Shown: one piece after another, positions 48,901 through 61,600 of the stretch
How positions within the stretch are numbered: the first letter of the stretch is position 1
Layout: every line of letters begins with the position of its first letter
Assembly: GCA_040954595.2 (NCBI GenBank)
Contig: CM082593.2
Coordinates: forward strand, 2,143,830 to 2,207,829
Direction of reading: 5' to 3'
DNA from: Balanoglossus misakiensis
Lineage: Eukaryota > Animalia > Hemichordata
Length of the DNA: 64,000 nt
Translations under genes and position numbers: made by a program
The notes under the pieces: model-generated
The model's input: only the letters and a program-made list of their open reading frames with translations
What the model was told of the DNA's origin: nothing
Databases searched by the model: none

Positions 48901-50300
48901 CTAAATCACGCCTGTTGCTCCCAGGATGATCAATATAATTACTGTGAGTACGATGAGCGAAACAACGATTAAAATAATAATATTGCGAGTGTTCTTCCAC
49001 CACATCTTGTTCCTGACACGCTTGGCTGTTTTCTGGAAAGTCTGGGCCTGGGAACATGAATAACATGCATGAGGGGTGTTAATTTTATTAATCTGGGAAG
49101 TCTGGGCCTGGGAACATGAATAACATGCATGAGGGGTGTTAATTTTATTAATCTGGGAAGTCTGGGCCTGGGAACATGAATAACATGCGTTTGATCTCTA
49201 TAGAGGGAAACTTGCAGGTTGTGAATATAATTCATCAACCAACACAGCTGTGAGACTTTGATTGCACATACAAACACAGTTGATGATTTAAATTTAAATT
49301 CATGGTAATTGATCACTTACATTGGCTTCCAGATCTTCCGTTTTGGAGAGCAGAGTATCAATCTTGTCACCTCTTTCAAGGACTTTCTCAATATTCTGTG
49401 TCATCACATCTTTTACTTCATCGACTTGGTTTTGCAGAGCTGTCACCGAATCCTGCTTCACATCGGAATATTTTTCCTGCAAATCAAATCAGGTGAAATC
49501 AGATCAGATGAAATCAAACCAGTAGTGCATTCTCGTGCATTGCTGGTAAATAAATAAATCAGTGCACAGAACACCACTTTATTGGTAAACAGTTTTATGG
49601 AACTGTCCTGACAAGACAAAGAAATGTATTGTAGGAAATGAAGATTTCCATAGCATACCAAGTGACACCACAAATAGGCAACTTACCATTTCCCTAGCCA
49701 TCGTATGATTAATAGAGCCATCCAGTTCATAAGAACCAGCAAACTGCACTTGGGGTCCAATTTCACTGTCCCCACTCACATGTCTGACTATTTCTTCCAG
49801 GTAACGAAACGCATGAACTCGGGGGAACTTGCTTTCTGTTGCACACATGTAAATGATACCATTGTCGACAATCACGTGGAATAAGTAACTGCAGAAGAAC
49901 AAAGATAATGCTGGTTACCCTTTAAAGTTACACGGCTACACATAAGCGACAAGATTATTTATACTTCCGTGAAGTTGAATTTGGAATCTGGCCAGAAGTG
50001 TTTTATGGTTTTAAAAGGGTCCTTTAGCTACAATCATATCCTTCAATGTGGGTCATTTGTATTGTCAGTGGTTGTAAAATATACAAATACGAAAGTTACC
50101 ATTCTCATTGAAGTACAATGAAACAATTCAATAATAAACTATATCACTCACTTGTCTGAAGTGTATGTTGTCTTTGGATTACCCCTGGTTGGAATGTTTT
50201 TCAACATAGAGTCGGCAATTTCTTGGAAATTTTGATGAGAGTTTGTATGAGCTGCCAGCACTGTTGACCCTCGAGCTACACAACTGTATAAGATGGTCAT
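48901..50300 (-). CDS. VAMP7: Longin-domain R-SNARE, VAMP7-like (SNARE motif resembles VAMP8/endobrevin), 217 aa
   Basis: Exons 50300-50152, 49888-49687, 49476-49321 and 49047-48901. Longin domain MTILYSCVARGSTVLA...YLFHVIVDNGIIYMCAT...AFRYLEEI; R-SNARE QVDEVKDVMTQNIEKVLERGDKIDTLLSKTEDLEANAQTFQKTAKRVRNKMWWKN; C-terminal TM helix. The symbol is family-level and orthology is uncertain. Confidence 0.88.
49032..49188 (-). repeat. 60-bp tandem repeat (~2.6 copies) spanning the acceptor of the VAMP last coding exon
   Basis: Unit tctgggaagtctgggcctgggaacatgaataacatgcatgaggggtgttaattttattaa; the 60-bp period is visible in the lines starting 49021, 49081 and 49141. Confidence 0.95.
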
Positions 50301-50859
50301 CTTGGTGTTTGTCTGTCAATATCTGATCTCTTGAAATCTTGAAGAATGATTGCAAAGGCAGACCTAAGGTAGGAAGTTTTGTAAAAATAACAACAGGTTG
50401 GTAACCGATCTGTTTGAACTGACAGGAGCTGCAACGATCACTTCTTGGTCAAACATTTCAAAGTGTTTTCCACAATATTATACATTTCTTATCCGACTCT
50501 ACTCACGTATTATCATATCGATATTTGACCTTTGACATAGCAATGAACAAAATATACGTGAACGTTTCCCACAATCAACCACACACAGGCAACAACTATA
50601 CTCGCGATCCATTAAAGCTACATGGGATTTTTTCCAGTGTTAAATTATCAATAAATGTTGGTGGTGATCGGGTAAAATTATGGAGGGGGTGTAAATATAC
50701 GAAATGCGGATATGGATCCGGAAATGTGCAACGCACTTGTTGGAATGAACAATACGAATTTTGGATGAGGGATGGTTTTGTTTACAAAACAAACGCCTGT
50801 GTGTGAATCACTTCTTCGATGTCTTTTCCCCAAAAGAACAGAAGAGAAAATTATCTTAC

Positions 50860-51515
50860 GGTAGAAGTTGGAGAAAAAGAATACGGTCAATTTCCTCAAA
50901 GCGCCATACGTTTTACAAATCCAGTCAGTGACATCACGGGAAGGATGAGTGTATCATACGTTCTGTATGTAGACTCCTCCTCATAATATCTCGCGAGACC
51001 TGGGATCGTTCGAGATTTAAATTTTTCCCCTATGTTACACACTTTTCCCCATTATTATACAACTGCACACAAATCAATTAATATTTTAATGATCGGATGT
51101 TACTCTTATTTCGCATATCCAAAAGGATATATGCAAGTTACTAAAATATGACCCAGAATGACCTATGAATGAAGAAGAGGTGCATCATGGGGAAAATGAC
51201 CCTCAATCGTGACGTCATTTTTGGCGATGTTTATTTTTAAGAAATTATTCGTGATTTTGACAGTCGTAAACGCCCACTTACGCATATCAGATACAGCATA
51301 TTAATTATAATTATTAAATATTGTAAATGTATTGTTGTTATTTTCCCTAACTGCCTAAAATTGACCAAAAACTGTGTAAAGCTTTACGTCGAATGTGTTG
51401 ACCACGAATTTGATACTATTCGTAACAACGGTGAAATTCTAGTGTTTGTGTTGTGCTGCTGCAGGTTGTTCTTGTCCGAAATTTAGGTTGAATCTTCAAC
51501 AAATAAGAGAAAAGG
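50860..51515. promoter_or_regulatory. Divergent promoter region shared by VAMP7-like (-) and SKP1 (+)
   Basis: TCTCGCGAGA palindrome 50989-50998; full CRE TGACGTCA 51210-51217; likely 5'UTR donors at ~50855 (-) and ~51514 (+, AAG|GTAAGG). Confidence 0.6.
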
Positions 51516-52114
51516 TAAGGAAGTGTGCTACTAGTAACTCATAACGCACTCGCTATTTTCATGATGCTGTGCGGTTTGCCGAGAAATGTGAGTTCTCCGT
51601 GATCGCGTCGGTTGTGTCAGTGTGTTGTTGATGTAAAATGGCTGACACTCTCTGACTCACTCAGTGACACCGCACCGCTCTGCGTACACAAACTGACTGG
51701 AGTCACTGAGTCAGTATTGTTAATGTTGAGTGTTATTGCCAAGACTGGGGGACATTAGTAAGTGTCCCAACGACTGTGGTGATATACCAATGGAACCCTG
51801 GTAAAATGACAGGGGAACGAACCACGGTAACATTTACATGTACCATTTGCATCGTGACCCCGAAGAACCCTAAATCAGGTTAATGGGTCATTAACGGGAC
51901 ATATTATGGGACTTGTACTTGTGTGATATTTGGTGATGATTAGCTTGTCTGCAGTATTCTCACATATTTTGTTATGTCCATTGTGTAATGTTAGTACATG
52001 TATGGTCATCAGTGATCATGCCTCTGCTAACAAGTATATAACATTGTGTATTTTGATGAATGACTCATAGAATTGACCTTTGAACTCAACGTGTACAAGT
52101 TGCGTCATAAATAA

Positions 52115-53176
<1,062 letters not shown>

Positions 53177-55577
53177 GATGGTGGAATGTTCGTAGGGTAT
53201 ACATGTCATAAATTAAGACCCAAATGTTTGTATACACAAATTAAGACCTAACTGTGATACAGAGAGACATGATTGAGATCTATACGTACTTTCATATATG
53301 TTGTAGTCCATTGTGAATTGTAGAAACCAATGATTGGTAAGAAATCACTGACTCTAAAAGGTATATTTTGGCTTTAAGTCACAAATCGTCCAATCCTACT
53401 GACTCCTCTGATAAAAGATTATTAGAAGTTATTTCTCCCCCGCAGCAGTGTAAGGGCATACCCTTTCTCCCCAATTTTCAACAGAGGGATTTACACCATG
53501 CAGACAGATCAGTTTGTATAAGGAGTGTATGCATCTGGTATTTTGGGGCATTTTATGTTTTAACGTTTCGAAACCTTTGTTTATGTTTGTGTGTTTTATT
53601 TATATGTGTATCACTGTTACGATTGTTATTGATGATTATCTTTTTTCTGTCAATTAAAGCTATAGTTTATGATGCAGGTATTGTTCACTGACTGCACATT
53701 GTTTTTTTGTTATTTAGGAAATGTGTTTTTTTGTTAATAAAGTAATTCCACAACTGATAGAGTAGTTACATATACTAGCATCTCTCCTTTCTGACAACTG
53801 TACAAATGTATTTGATTCTCTTGGCTATATCTTTGTGTAACCTTCCTGTCTCCAGTTTGTTGAGATCTTTGTCCTAGTACATGTACATGTAGTTGGCTTT
53901 CCTATTGTACACAATCATTGAAGATTACAGCACTGCACATGCTTTGCATGTAGGACTTTTGGTTCAAATCATAGTGTAGTTCCGTTCACTGCAGTTTTAG
54001 TGGTTACATTTTTTTTTTTAAGAATGATTCCAAAATTCCACTTGTGATTTTTTTTTCCTTGACTCTGTAATTTTGAAGAAAAAAGTATTTTGTATGTATT
54101 TACTATTTGCAAATTAAACAAACAGAATGATGTACAATATCTCACTCGTATTGTCTTACTGATTCAGTATATAAGTGGGGGGGGGGAGGGCATGTGTGTG
54201 TGTCTATTTTCTACATCACGGATAAATATTGCTGGCTTTGACTTATGCTACTGATAAATAATATAAAACCTGTCTATACTGCACATCTTTTCCAGTCACC
54301 TTCACATGAACCACACATTCAAAGAACCTCTGCAAAGTAGACAACTCCCAGGTAATTTGAATACAAAGTCAGATCACAAGACTAATTAAATATTCATAGC
54401 CAGGTGCACAGCTTCTCATTTGCATTTTGAGAAGCACATGGGCAGTGGTTTTCTATATCATAGGCCACACTGTCTTCGTCTGCAGTGGTCTAGTGTTTGC
54501 TCTCCAGAAATTAGTTTGCCAGAGAGACTGCAGTCGAGCTAATGGCCTGTGCAAGCAGAGGATGGGCGACAAAGAACTGGTATGAAGAGGAAGAAGAGCT
54601 CGGGAATTACCAATGGCGGACCAGTGGCTTACAGGCCTCCCCCAATTCAGCCAAAAAAATACATGTTGGGTGAAGATTGAGTTGTGTGAGCTTTCTCTGT
54701 TCACACACTGCACTGAACTTGAAGGCTGAAAACCTGCAAGCTAGGAAAAGCAAGGTAAGCTTTGGAAAACTTTGGAAGTAGATAGGGGTTACAAAAATGG
54801 TTTGTCATACATAAAAGGCTTACTAAGTCTGGTGCAATGCAAATTTCACAAAAATGTGAAATCATACAGGATTTAGTCGCCGTAAAATACTGATTAGCGC
54901 CCTCTTTGGCAAGTTTGCATTCGCGGTTGTTTATGATTTGTATGTTATGTTGGTGGCGCTACCGACCGACAGGTTTGCAAAGGCGAACCTCATTACTTGT
55001 TAAGAGCAACAAACAATCCCTGCGCGCTCCCTGCACTACATTCGTCTTGACATCCGATAACTAGACCATTTTACTTGGGAAAAAGTTGATACACATGGAA
55101 AAACATCAAAAAAGCTTGGAAATAGTATAAGTATAGAGCTACCATCACTTTCGAAGGTCGTGTCTTTCAAACAAAACCTATTGCCCACTGCGCTCTTTTG
55201 TAGTCTAGGTGTGCACCCCCGAGAGCAGAGTATGTAAAACTGGCCCATTTGCGGCGGAACTGATGGCTATGGTCACTTGACAGCTAGCTATTGTATCGAT
55301 TGTGTTTTGTCTGCACGGACCGTACGCCAGATTCACTGACCAACTGTCGGGGGGGGGGGGGGAGGTTTTGAGTCACGTGACTTCTGCAGGTCTGTTGAGA
55401 CAATTAAAAAGCCTTTGCGCCAAGCCATAAAATTTGACTGCTTCTGCCGCCATTGAAAACTATCGAACTTGACGCTACAGACGTAATGACCTTGATATTT
55501 ATAGCTCATCATTAAAATGTGATCTTTCCTCACTGCAATTGTAACTAAGGGTGTAAAAATATCATGCAACCTGAGCA

Positions 55578-55625
55578 TTCGTTCGTTCGTTCATTCATTC
55601 ATTCATTCATTTGTTCGGTCGTTCG
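55578..55625 (+). repeat. (TTCG)n/(TTCA)n microsatellite
   Basis: ttcgttcgttcgttcattcattcattcattcatttgttcggtcgttcg. Confidence 0.8.
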
Positions 55626-58600
55626 CCGTATATTGAAAGTAATGTATAGAAAGATAAATTTTCAAAGCAAATTCTCAAAATTGACAATAAGTTAGTTCTT
55701 CATCCATACTTCTATGAGGAGCAAACAAACACTTTCATATCTATCAGCAGCTTCATACTAATATATGATGGGCACTGGTCATCTATGACACCCAGATGTC
55801 CGAGTTGTAATCTCGACCCCCCCCCCCTAAATTCACGGACAACCAGCAGACTCCGGACATCGCCTTTCAACGTCGACCGGCATAAAATGCGGCTTAAGCG
55901 ATTACCGCCTGCAAACATAAAAGCTTTGCTTGACCGCTTTTAGAAACAACATTGTACATTGTAGCAACAAATCAAAACGACGCGTGGCCGAAGAAAAATT
56001 AAAGAGGGGGAAGATGCTACAAAGGCCACGGCCGACAATGCTACTATTATTTCTTTTAATCTCTCCGCCAAGTCTATAGGCCATGTCAAAGCCACAGTGA
56101 CCTTGGTGTTGTTTCGTTCATATGCAAATTGCAAGAGTTTCCGCATCCAGCTCCTCCAAACTTCAGACGAATATCAGCTGCGATAACATCGATTGAATCC
56201 TATCAAATTCTACACATATTGCACTACCACAAAATGTGTAAAGTTTAATGATAAAATACACACAGCGGTAATAAACATCACACAAATTTGATTAACATAG
56301 TGATTTTCATGAATTTTTGAAACATCGATCTTCCAAACTTTGCGAGAAATAGAGAAGGTAAACTAAAAAAATATTCATTGTTGCCGTGTAAGGTTCTCCG
56401 TGCTCTCAATGAGCTAACAACTTCCAGAAAGCGACATTGAAGTTAAATACTTTCAGAATCGCATTATACCATGCTCATATTTTGCCTTAAATACGAATTC
56501 CATTCTTTTTTAGTAGCGTAAACCCATCAAATGACATTCAGAAGCTCGGCTTCTATGTAAAGATATCGTTTGTGTCCATCCTTGTCTAAAGCGACAGTCT
56601 TCTCTACTTCTTCAGACAAATGAGAGAGCTTCGCACTTCTGTTGCCAAGGACAACGGCAAGGGCTCACGGAGCGCAGCGCAAATGGGTGATAAACACCGT
56701 GTTACTTTCGCATTCACAGTTTGACTTTGTCAAAAACAGCAATCATATTGTTTGAGGTTGAGCTGTTGATTGATGTCGGCCATTAACGAGAAGGAGTCTT
56801 GCGTTGTTTTTAATAAGGCTTTTCTTCGACCATTTTGGCCATTATGTAAAGATCGAGCGAAAGTAATTCTGGGGATGAAGCCCCACACCAAACCATCCGG
56901 ACAACAAGTTTTCATTGTGTGCATTGTAATTACATTCATTCTGCACGTGTCAGGAGCGCTGCACTAATTTAGAACAAAGACTCGGTCATTTGGCGACACG
57001 CGATAAAGAAAAAGATCCCATTATGCACTTGCGGGCAGCCCCAACACCATGGCAAACGGTTACGGAAGAACACAACTTTCACATTTGTCTGAAAGTTGGA
57101 AACAAAAGATGGTGGTGTGACAGTAATGCGATTTGTGGCGTTAACACCTGTTGGATTCACTGCTATTACTACTATTGCTTAAGCCATTTATTCCAAGTGT
57201 GGAATTGAAAGTAAAACGTTAAGGTGTTGTTTGGCATGTTATACAGCATGTTCACGGTTTTTAGTCAAATTCGTCGACAGAGGAAGGGGTTGAGTAGGGG
57301 GAAAGTGACAGAGGGGGGGGGGGGCGTAGAGAGAGGGAGGGGGGAGAGAGAGATCTGATCATGAAAAATCTAGTGGCTCTAGCAATTCTTTACTTGATTA
57401 AATCATTATATATTTAAATGTGCCACTTTAAATTCCATCGTTTGTGATCATATGTTTCTCGAAAATTGTCACATTGCATTGTACCATACTGTGTTATCAT
57501 AGTAAAATACTTCTTTTGTCTTTTGAAATTATGCTTGGCGTTTATTTGTTTAAAAAACACTTATTGGTCTTCGTAATTAACAAGTACGTGTTAATCGTTT
57601 TTTTTCTCTCACTATTACAGGCGTGGTTCGGTTTGTTCCAGACCAAATTCAACCATATGGATTGGAGGTAATTCTATTTTCTTTCCTCAGTAAATTATAC
57701 AGTCGACGCGTGTCTGGCGTGCTGTCTAGAGGTGAATACAAAGACGTGTTGCTTTCTTAGGCCAAATGTATTACACCTTGTTTTCTTTGACGGAAATATC
57801 AGTCGGTCATCATTAGCACGTTTAAAATGAAATCATCGAATGTTAGATGTATTCAGCTACAAGTATCTTCGGAAGAAATTTAGTTCTAAGTTTACCACTT
57901 CGTAAGCAGCTAGAACCGTAGACATAAATAGGCCTTTAAAAATTTGACATACATAGCCTTTTATGCATACTACATAATAATGAGTAAATCGGGGCTCTCC
58001 GCCCTAAAGGAATCACGATTCGTATAACAATGAAATTAATTGTTGCGATAATTCGTTTCTATTGTTTTCCCAAATTCAAGATAATTGTCGATATCCTTGC
58101 TCTGGGACAGTATTGTTTCCAATTGAGCGACAGGGACTATTTCCTTTTGATGCTGGCAACACACGTAATCTGAACACGGTTGAAGATGTTGACGACAAAC
58201 AAGAGCCCTGGGCCTTTAATTGTTGTATAACATGTGCTAATCTGTACACGACACGTATCTACGACAATAAGTCGATCCAGTGACAAAAGATTGTCTATGG
58301 CCGATCACCAGCTTTAAACACCTGTCTGGGCTAATCCTTTTACCAAAAATAACAATCGCCATTCACTGAAACAGTAAGTCAAAGAGCCGCTTTGTAAAAG
58401 TCACGTGGTATGGTCCGTTCGCAGTTTCGGCCTGCTTGCCAGACGAGGGCGTTAGCAACATTGTGCCAATCGAGGCAATAAAACTAAACACGATATACAA
58501 TCGAAGTAAAACTGATAAATTATGTATTAGACCCGAATTGTACATGTAATATTGTGACAATGGTTGGGATCGGATCGCTAATTTGGTAACATTCTTTCGT

Positions 58601-61600
58601 AACTCACCATCAAATTAGTACGAATAGTTTGAACAAAGACACCAATTTGCCACTAATTAAATAAACGAATGATTAGCGCTGCGAAAAACAACAACAATAG
58701 GCTTACTTGAAGAACCCAATTATTTCTGGGAAGATCAGGGACGTACACACTCACAAAAAGAACCTCAAAAAACATTCCGACCACTTGTTTCTTTACAACT
58801 GAATCATTGTGTTCAAACCTGTTGTCTTTGAGGGACTGTGATCAACACTTATCTGGCTAGTTAGGAGAAGCAGATAAGATGCCTGATGCCGAAAGTTTGT
58901 AAACCGGAAGCGGAAGGACAATAGCAAGCGAAGAGTGCGACAAAACAACAGCTTTGATCATTTTAGTCGCCCTGTCTCAATTCCACGACATGTTACGGGA
59001 TTATGTATGCAGACAAAGGCGTGTCCCCCCCCCTCCCTCGATGTATAATTGCCACGTGGTTTGAAAGACAGAACACTCTCCGAAACATACTGCAAGTAAA
59101 CTTTTCGTTCAAAACCGCCAATTGAACGAAGCAACCCACGTTGTGTGATCGCAACATCCGCAACAGCAATTCAGTAAACGGCACATTGTTTGGATTCAGT
59201 CTTGTGTAAAACCAAAGACGGTAGAACTAAAAGTCTGCCGTTGTTTTTTCTTCTGAAAGCATTGATTGATCTCCGCAATTAACGAGTGCGTGTTAAGCAG
59301 GGTCTTTGGTTTTAAAACCATTGTGTTAACCACCGAATGACTGCGACAACAACATGTGCTTAGCCGAAAAAAACAACATAACCGTATGTTCAAACCCCAG
59401 ACAGCGTGGCAAGACGCGTGCCCACTGTATATTTTACAGACCTGGTATAAATTGATTTAAATCACATGATTATAGCCACTGATTGGTCTTCGTTATTGGA
59501 GTCCATGGTTGATAAATTGCAATCGCCCTCAGACGTCATAAACAGGCAAACTATTATTCTGACTTTTGTCGTCTTGGACCACTGTTAAGTGGTGTTACCA
59601 GGTGTCCGGAATGGGTAAGCATACCCTGCTAGCATGCTACAATAACAAACCGTACTGTGACCACCCAGAGTTGTTAAAAATTGACTTGAATGGTCTAAAT
59701 CATCAATACTGCTTAATGACAGCGGTCAGCGTGATGTCTACGAACTGGAGAACATAGGTGTTTGGGATATAAGAAAACCAGACAGGTTTTCACCAGAAAC
59801 AGCCATGCTGACATCCGTTTATTCTGTCACAAATACCAGTAATTGATGTAATGGCAAACACGAGCATTTCTATACAATCATATTGAATCGCAAAGGGAAC
59901 CTCAGCAGGGAATACATCAAACACTTTGTTTGCGGCAATGCATACACAATGCCATGGAGAGGTGACGACACGTAGTCTCTGAAGATTCCAACGCGCAAAC
60001 GTACCATGGATGTGCGTTAAGTAAATTATCGTGTACATGTACAATGCGTACATGCAGGGACCGTGCATGTACCAGAGTCTCATTCATTATTGTTATGTAA
60101 TAACATTTCTAAATCGACGCCGTTAAATTCAAGATTTCGTACACAGTGTACAATAACGTCACTGCTGGGATTCAATATAATTGTATAGAAATTCTCGTTT
60201 CTGCCAGTACACAAATTACTGGTATTTGTGACAAATTCAATGGAAGTCAGCATGGCAGCTTCTGGTCAAAATCCATCTGTTTGACTTTCACTTTTCACAC
60301 CCACTGTGCATAGAACTGGGCTGGATTACTCCACGTAGAAGTTCCAATGATTTGCTTGGTGTCAGAACAGTTACCCCTGGACACTTACCACCCATGACCT
60401 TTACCACCACGAGTGTTTCTCCTCCGTCCAAATGTTCAAAGTCAAGTATTTCAGTTTGTGTACTCCCCCCCCCACTTGTTGATGACAAATAATGCGTACA
60501 ATTCTCCCCATCACCAAAGTGGCGTGATAACATGCCCATCCTGGAAACTCATGCTTTATCTCAAAAGATCTTGTACATTTGCTCGACTGATTGTTTCGCT
60601 ATAGTGTGTTTGGCATACCAGTAACTGTTGGACAAGTTGACCCGAAGGTCTTTGCGCGCATCCTTCCCCTTGAATCAATAATAAGCTTTGAGTATTTCTT
60701 GTTTACTCGTCATTCTGTGTTTGAAACATCTTACCAACAATAACCGAACACCTAGGGGATATTGGCAGGGATTTTGGCATCACTTTGCGTTACTGGTTAT
60801 ATGTTATAGATTGTCGCGCAACTGGATAATGTTGCTCGTTAATTTTAAGATGAAGGCTAAAAACAAACATAACTGTAAAGACAAAATACTCGTAGCTTTT
60901 TATGACCTGACGATGAATGGAGATCCCTTGACCTTTGCGAATAATGTAGTCCACTTGTCGGCAACGACAAAGAATTAGACCAATTCATCTTTAACAACCG
61001 CCAAATGTTTTTTGTGTGTGCGTCAATTCAGTGTCATTACACACTCCTCTTTAGCCATGCAACAGTGGACATGAAAACAAGGGAAATTCTCTTTCATTGT
61101 TTTTGGCTTATTTAGAACTAATGACAGGTTCCGCGAAAGCGATGCGGTCACTACCTGTTCAATGCAAGGGCGATGCTTGACAAAGACCAGCGGCAAAAGT
61201 GACCACTACACTAAAGAAACCAAGAGTTGGCTTCGGATGCGGGCACCGAGATGGAGACTGCCGCATCGCCGCTATAATCCAAACACTCAAAGCGTATGCT
61301 AAACGGGTAACCGCATTGTAGCTCTGGTTTCAAACTCTAGTAACGCGTCAGTACAAAATGTATATTAATTCTCGGCTTACATGTTGCCTTCAACATTAAT
61401 GAAATTATGGCAGGCAAACTTTACTCAGCTACGCACGCACGCACTCGCACATACATATATACATACACGCAAATATACACACGTTAATTTTTACACATCC
61501 CTAGGAGCATAATTGGATGATAAAGGGTAATTTTCAACGGTTTGTTTAGGAAATTAATAGTATGAATCTAATCCTTCCTTCTGGGTTGTATATCATCTCA

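Noticed and set aside
49032-49188. CRISPR-like repeat array
   Set aside because: The units are contiguous identical copies with no unique spacers, in a eukaryotic gene context with no cas genes
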